This document shows, in pieces, positions 37,006-39,289 of a DNA stretch of 39,289 bases. A program made the position numbers and the translations under genes. The stretch lies in IMG/VR virus record IMGVR_UViG_3300032272_000040, positions 1 through 39,289 of that record; one strand, written 5' to 3'. The notes beneath the pieces were generated by a model that searched no databases, was not told the DNA's origin, and was given only the letters and a program-made list of their open reading frames with translations. This DNA comes from a virus (lineage: Duplodnaviria > Caudoviricetes). Position 1 is the first letter of the stretch. Every line of letters begins with the position of its first letter.

Positions 37006-37713
37006 ATGGGTATGTTTACAGACATTTTGGCTAACGCAGTATCAATCGATACCTCTGACCCTATCGAAGGTCCAGATCGACACGCAGTGCTAGAACTTGA
37101 GCGGCATCGCGACGTAGTACTCGACGCTGATATCGGAACAGATTACGCTGAGGCAAATGAAGTGCAGAGCCTAGCAGCGACTGATCGTACTGGTGGTAAC
37201 TTCACGCTAACGTTCCTGCTGGCTAGTGGTGAGACATTCACTACAGGGAACATCCTTTTCAGTTCTACGGCTGGAACCATCGAAACAGCTATCGACAGTG
37301 CTGCAACTACCGCTTCAGTAGTAGGTTGGACTAATGGTGATATCACTGCCGCTGGTGGTGCTATCAACTCTGCACCTGTTACATTGACGTATGATGGAAC
37401 ATCTGTAGCTGCATTGAACCACTCAGTTGTAGTTGTAAATGACGTAGATCTTTCTGGTGGTTCAGTTGATCCTGTCGCCAGTACGACAACCAACGGACAG
37501 GCTGATCGCAACGCTTTGGGCATTCTCGCTTTTCTAGGTGAATTCACTGGTACTCCTCCGGCTTTCGGTGACGGTACCGCAGGTTCCTGGGTGGTTGGGG
37601 ACCCAGCACGTGCAAATCGTCCCAGTAAGAGTCTCGTCAACGCTCTCATTCGTGAAGCATCCCATCAGGAAGGGGTTGACTATGCTACGATCTTGGCGGA
37701 TATCATTGTCTAA
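37006..37713 (+). CDS. Putative virion structural/decoration protein
   Basis: NEVQSL...TGGNFTLTF...TTGNI motif seen in phage virion proteins. Thr/Ala/Gly-rich. Confidence 0.5.
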   Translation: MGMFTDILANAVSIDTSDPIEGPDRHAVLELERHRDVVLDADIGTDYAEANEVQSLAATDRTGGNFTLTFLLASGETFTTGNILFSSTAGTIETAIDSAATTASVVGWTNGDITAAGGAINSAPVTLTYDGTSVAALNHSVVVVNDVDLSGGSVDPVASTTTNGQADRNALGILAFLGEFTGTPPAFGDGTAGSWVVGDPARANRPSKSLVNALIREASHQEGVDYATILADIIV

Positions 37714-38138
37714 TGGATGCCTTTAAGCCAAGAGACAAGCACGGACCTGAGTATTTCATTCAGGATCGGTACGCGAAGTTCCTTGAGGCTAAGGGGTGGT
37801 TGGTAGAACGAATGGTCGGGAATGCTTTTCAAAAAGGCATTCCCGACCTTTATCTTGCGCACCCCGAATACGGTACTCGATGGTGCGATATCAAAGTCTA
37901 TGGTAAGTACAACTTCACCAAGGCCCAGCGCATTAAATGGCCAATGTGGGAACAGTATGGGATTGGAATCTGGATCTTAGGTGCTCCGTCAAAACAAGAG
38001 TGTACCAAAGCGTACATGATAGAGGAGTCCAACAACATTCTATTTCAGCCGCCCAATTGGCGAAACTTTTGGAAGGCTAGTTGGGATGATAAACCCGACA
38101 TAGATAAAATGTTGGAGGAACTGGGGGATGCCAGTTGA
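37713..38138 (+). CDS. VRR-NUC / PD-(D/E)xK nuclease (resolvase-like)
   Basis: E..IQ, KGIPDLY and WCDIK. Confidence 0.75.
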   Translation: MDAFKPRDKHGPEYFIQDRYAKFLEAKGWLVERMVGNAFQKGIPDLYLAHPEYGTRWCDIKVYGKYNFTKAQRIKWPMWEQYGIGIWILGAPSKQECTKAYMIEESNNILFQPPNWRNFWKASWDDKPDIDKMLEELGDAS

Positions 38139-38283
38139 GCGATGCAGGAAGGACGGGAAACCAGGATACCGGTGGTGTATAAAATGTAAGTGCTTTACTT
38201 ACACATCAGGTGATAAAGCAAGTCGCGAACGTGCCAAGCGAAAGGCTGAGGCACAAGGTAGAAACATTAGAAAGAATGAATGA
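38128..38283 (+). CDS. Small basic hypothetical protein (51 aa, not in the ORF track)
   Basis: MPVERCRKDGKPGYRWCIKCKCFTYTSGDKASRERAKRKAEAQGRNIRKNE, with GGAGG upstream. It fills the gap and overlaps both neighbours. Confidence 0.7.
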   Translation: MPVERCRKDGKPGYRWCIKCKCFTYTSGDKASRERAKRKAEAQGRNIRKNE

Positions 38284-38756
38284 TGGAACTGATCACAACC
38301 ACAAAGAATCAGTGCGTGTTGGCATCATTTGCAATGGTGATGCAGACAACTATGGATCACCTCGGGGGTCGGTTGGGTCATGATGGCTTAGACCGTGTCT
38401 TAGACGACACGGCTGAGCCACACTGTTTTAGGAGTTTTCATCCACAAGAGTTCATAGACTTGTTGATGAAGGATGGATTCGCAGTCACTATGGTTGAACT
38501 GTACCCCTGTCTGAACCACGGGGGTCAACTGGTCAACCACGCTGAATTCTTAGGTGAGGATCGTTTCTTTCAATCACTGCTATACGGAGATGGTGTGATC
38601 TTTGGAACGACTAAGAGCATGGGACATGCTGTAGCATGGAATCGTGAGGAGGCACGCATCTATGATCCGAGGGGTTATAAGTATGAATGGAACAAGGAAC
38701 AAGACTTTGTTCCCCGGCAATTTTTCCTAATTCAAAAGGTAGAGGAACATGTATGA
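38283..38756 (+). CDS. Papain-like / C39-like cysteine peptidase-fold protein
   Basis: NQCVLASFAM (Cys), GHAVAW (His) and IYDP (Asp). Confidence 0.6.
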   Translation: MELITTTKNQCVLASFAMVMQTTMDHLGGRLGHDGLDRVLDDTAEPHCFRSFHPQEFIDLLMKDGFAVTMVELYPCLNHGGQLVNHAEFLGEDRFFQSLLYGDGVIFGTTKSMGHAVAWNREEARIYDPRGYKYEWNKEQDFVPRQFFLIQKVEEHV

Positions 38757-39289
38757 TAATGTTTACAACAACAAATATGGCTTTGTAATCCCTGACGAAC
38801 ATATACCATCAGAAGATGACATGAAAAAGTATCAGGATGGTGATCCAGAGATTGTGTCCGTCCTGATTGAAGGGTTGATGGCTTATATTGTTAACGAAGT
38901 AGAGTGGTTCTTAACAAGGTCAGAGCCTGCTCGACCATACCGGGAGGACTGTCTCTCTGAAGCGATGTTTGCACTTGTAGACTTTGTCAACAAAGAGTTG
39001 GGTAAAGAGTATACATCTGCCAAGTTTCTCGCGTTTGCTAAGGCTCATTGTATTCATCATATTGTTGACTGGTTGGCACAGTACAGTGTTACCATTAGCA
39101 TCAAACCATCCACCAGACGTGACGTGAAAATTGAATTCAATAAAATGAGATTAGAGGATACTGACATACCTCAGTCAGATATTTTCAATCAACTTTGGTT
39201 TGACGATTTCATTAGCGACTTAGACTCTTTTGACAGAGATCTAATCCAAATGAAAATGGACGACATGTCAAATCGAGAAATCGCGAGAA
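38749..39289 (+). CDS. sigma70-family RNA polymerase sigma factor, 3' truncated
   Basis: Open to the window end. Region-2-like REDCLSEAMFAL...FLAFAK and region-4-like LDSFDRDLIQMKMDDMSNREIAR. Confidence 0.65.
   Translation, partial: MYDNVYNNKYGFVIPDEHIPSEDDMKKYQDGDPEIVSVLIEGLMAYIVNEVEWFLTRSEPARPYREDCLSEAMFALVDFVNKELGKEYTSAKFLAFAKAHCIHHIVDWLAQYSVTISIKPSTRRDVKIEFNKMRLEDTDIPQSDIFNQLWFDDFISDLDSFDRDLIQMKMDDMSNREIAR

Noticed and set aside
1-39289. Numerous short antisense or nested ORFs in the track
   Set aside because: They are shadows of long, motif-bearing genes and have no SD or recognisable domains.

Overview
A 39.3-kb internal segment of a tailed dsDNA phage genome, probably a siphovirus. 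Positions 1-13456 (+) are a tail module: tail-tube C-terminus, tail-assembly chaperone with a candidate -1 frameshift, 1200-aa tape measure, and minor tail, distal-tail and hub proteins. Positions 13446-17264 (-) encode a DEDDh exonuclease, a DUF5664-like dNTP pyrophosphohydrolase and a primase-helicase. Positions 17551-end (+) are a replication/accessory arm: two ParB-like proteins, PhoH, ClpP-like protease, SNF2 helicase, RNA ligase, metallophosphoesterase, two sulfotransferase-like proteins, family-A DNA polymerase, class II RNR, VRR-NUC nuclease and a partial sigma factor, with extra lectin-like and glycosidase virion-type genes mixed in. The most striking element is a cassette at 21934-22458. 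It holds an SD-led mini-ORF (ATG AAG TAT ACG TGA-A) that continues as C-R-D-P-P if TGAA is read as one 4-base codon, then a perfect 12-bp hairpin, a 113-aa basic ORF, and a tRNA-like gene whose 8-nt anticodon loop (AUUUCAAC) presents UUCA, the exact complement of UGAA. This suggests a natural quadruplet-decoding tRNA paired with a leader peptide. All functional calls come from motif recognition by eye; no database searches were run.
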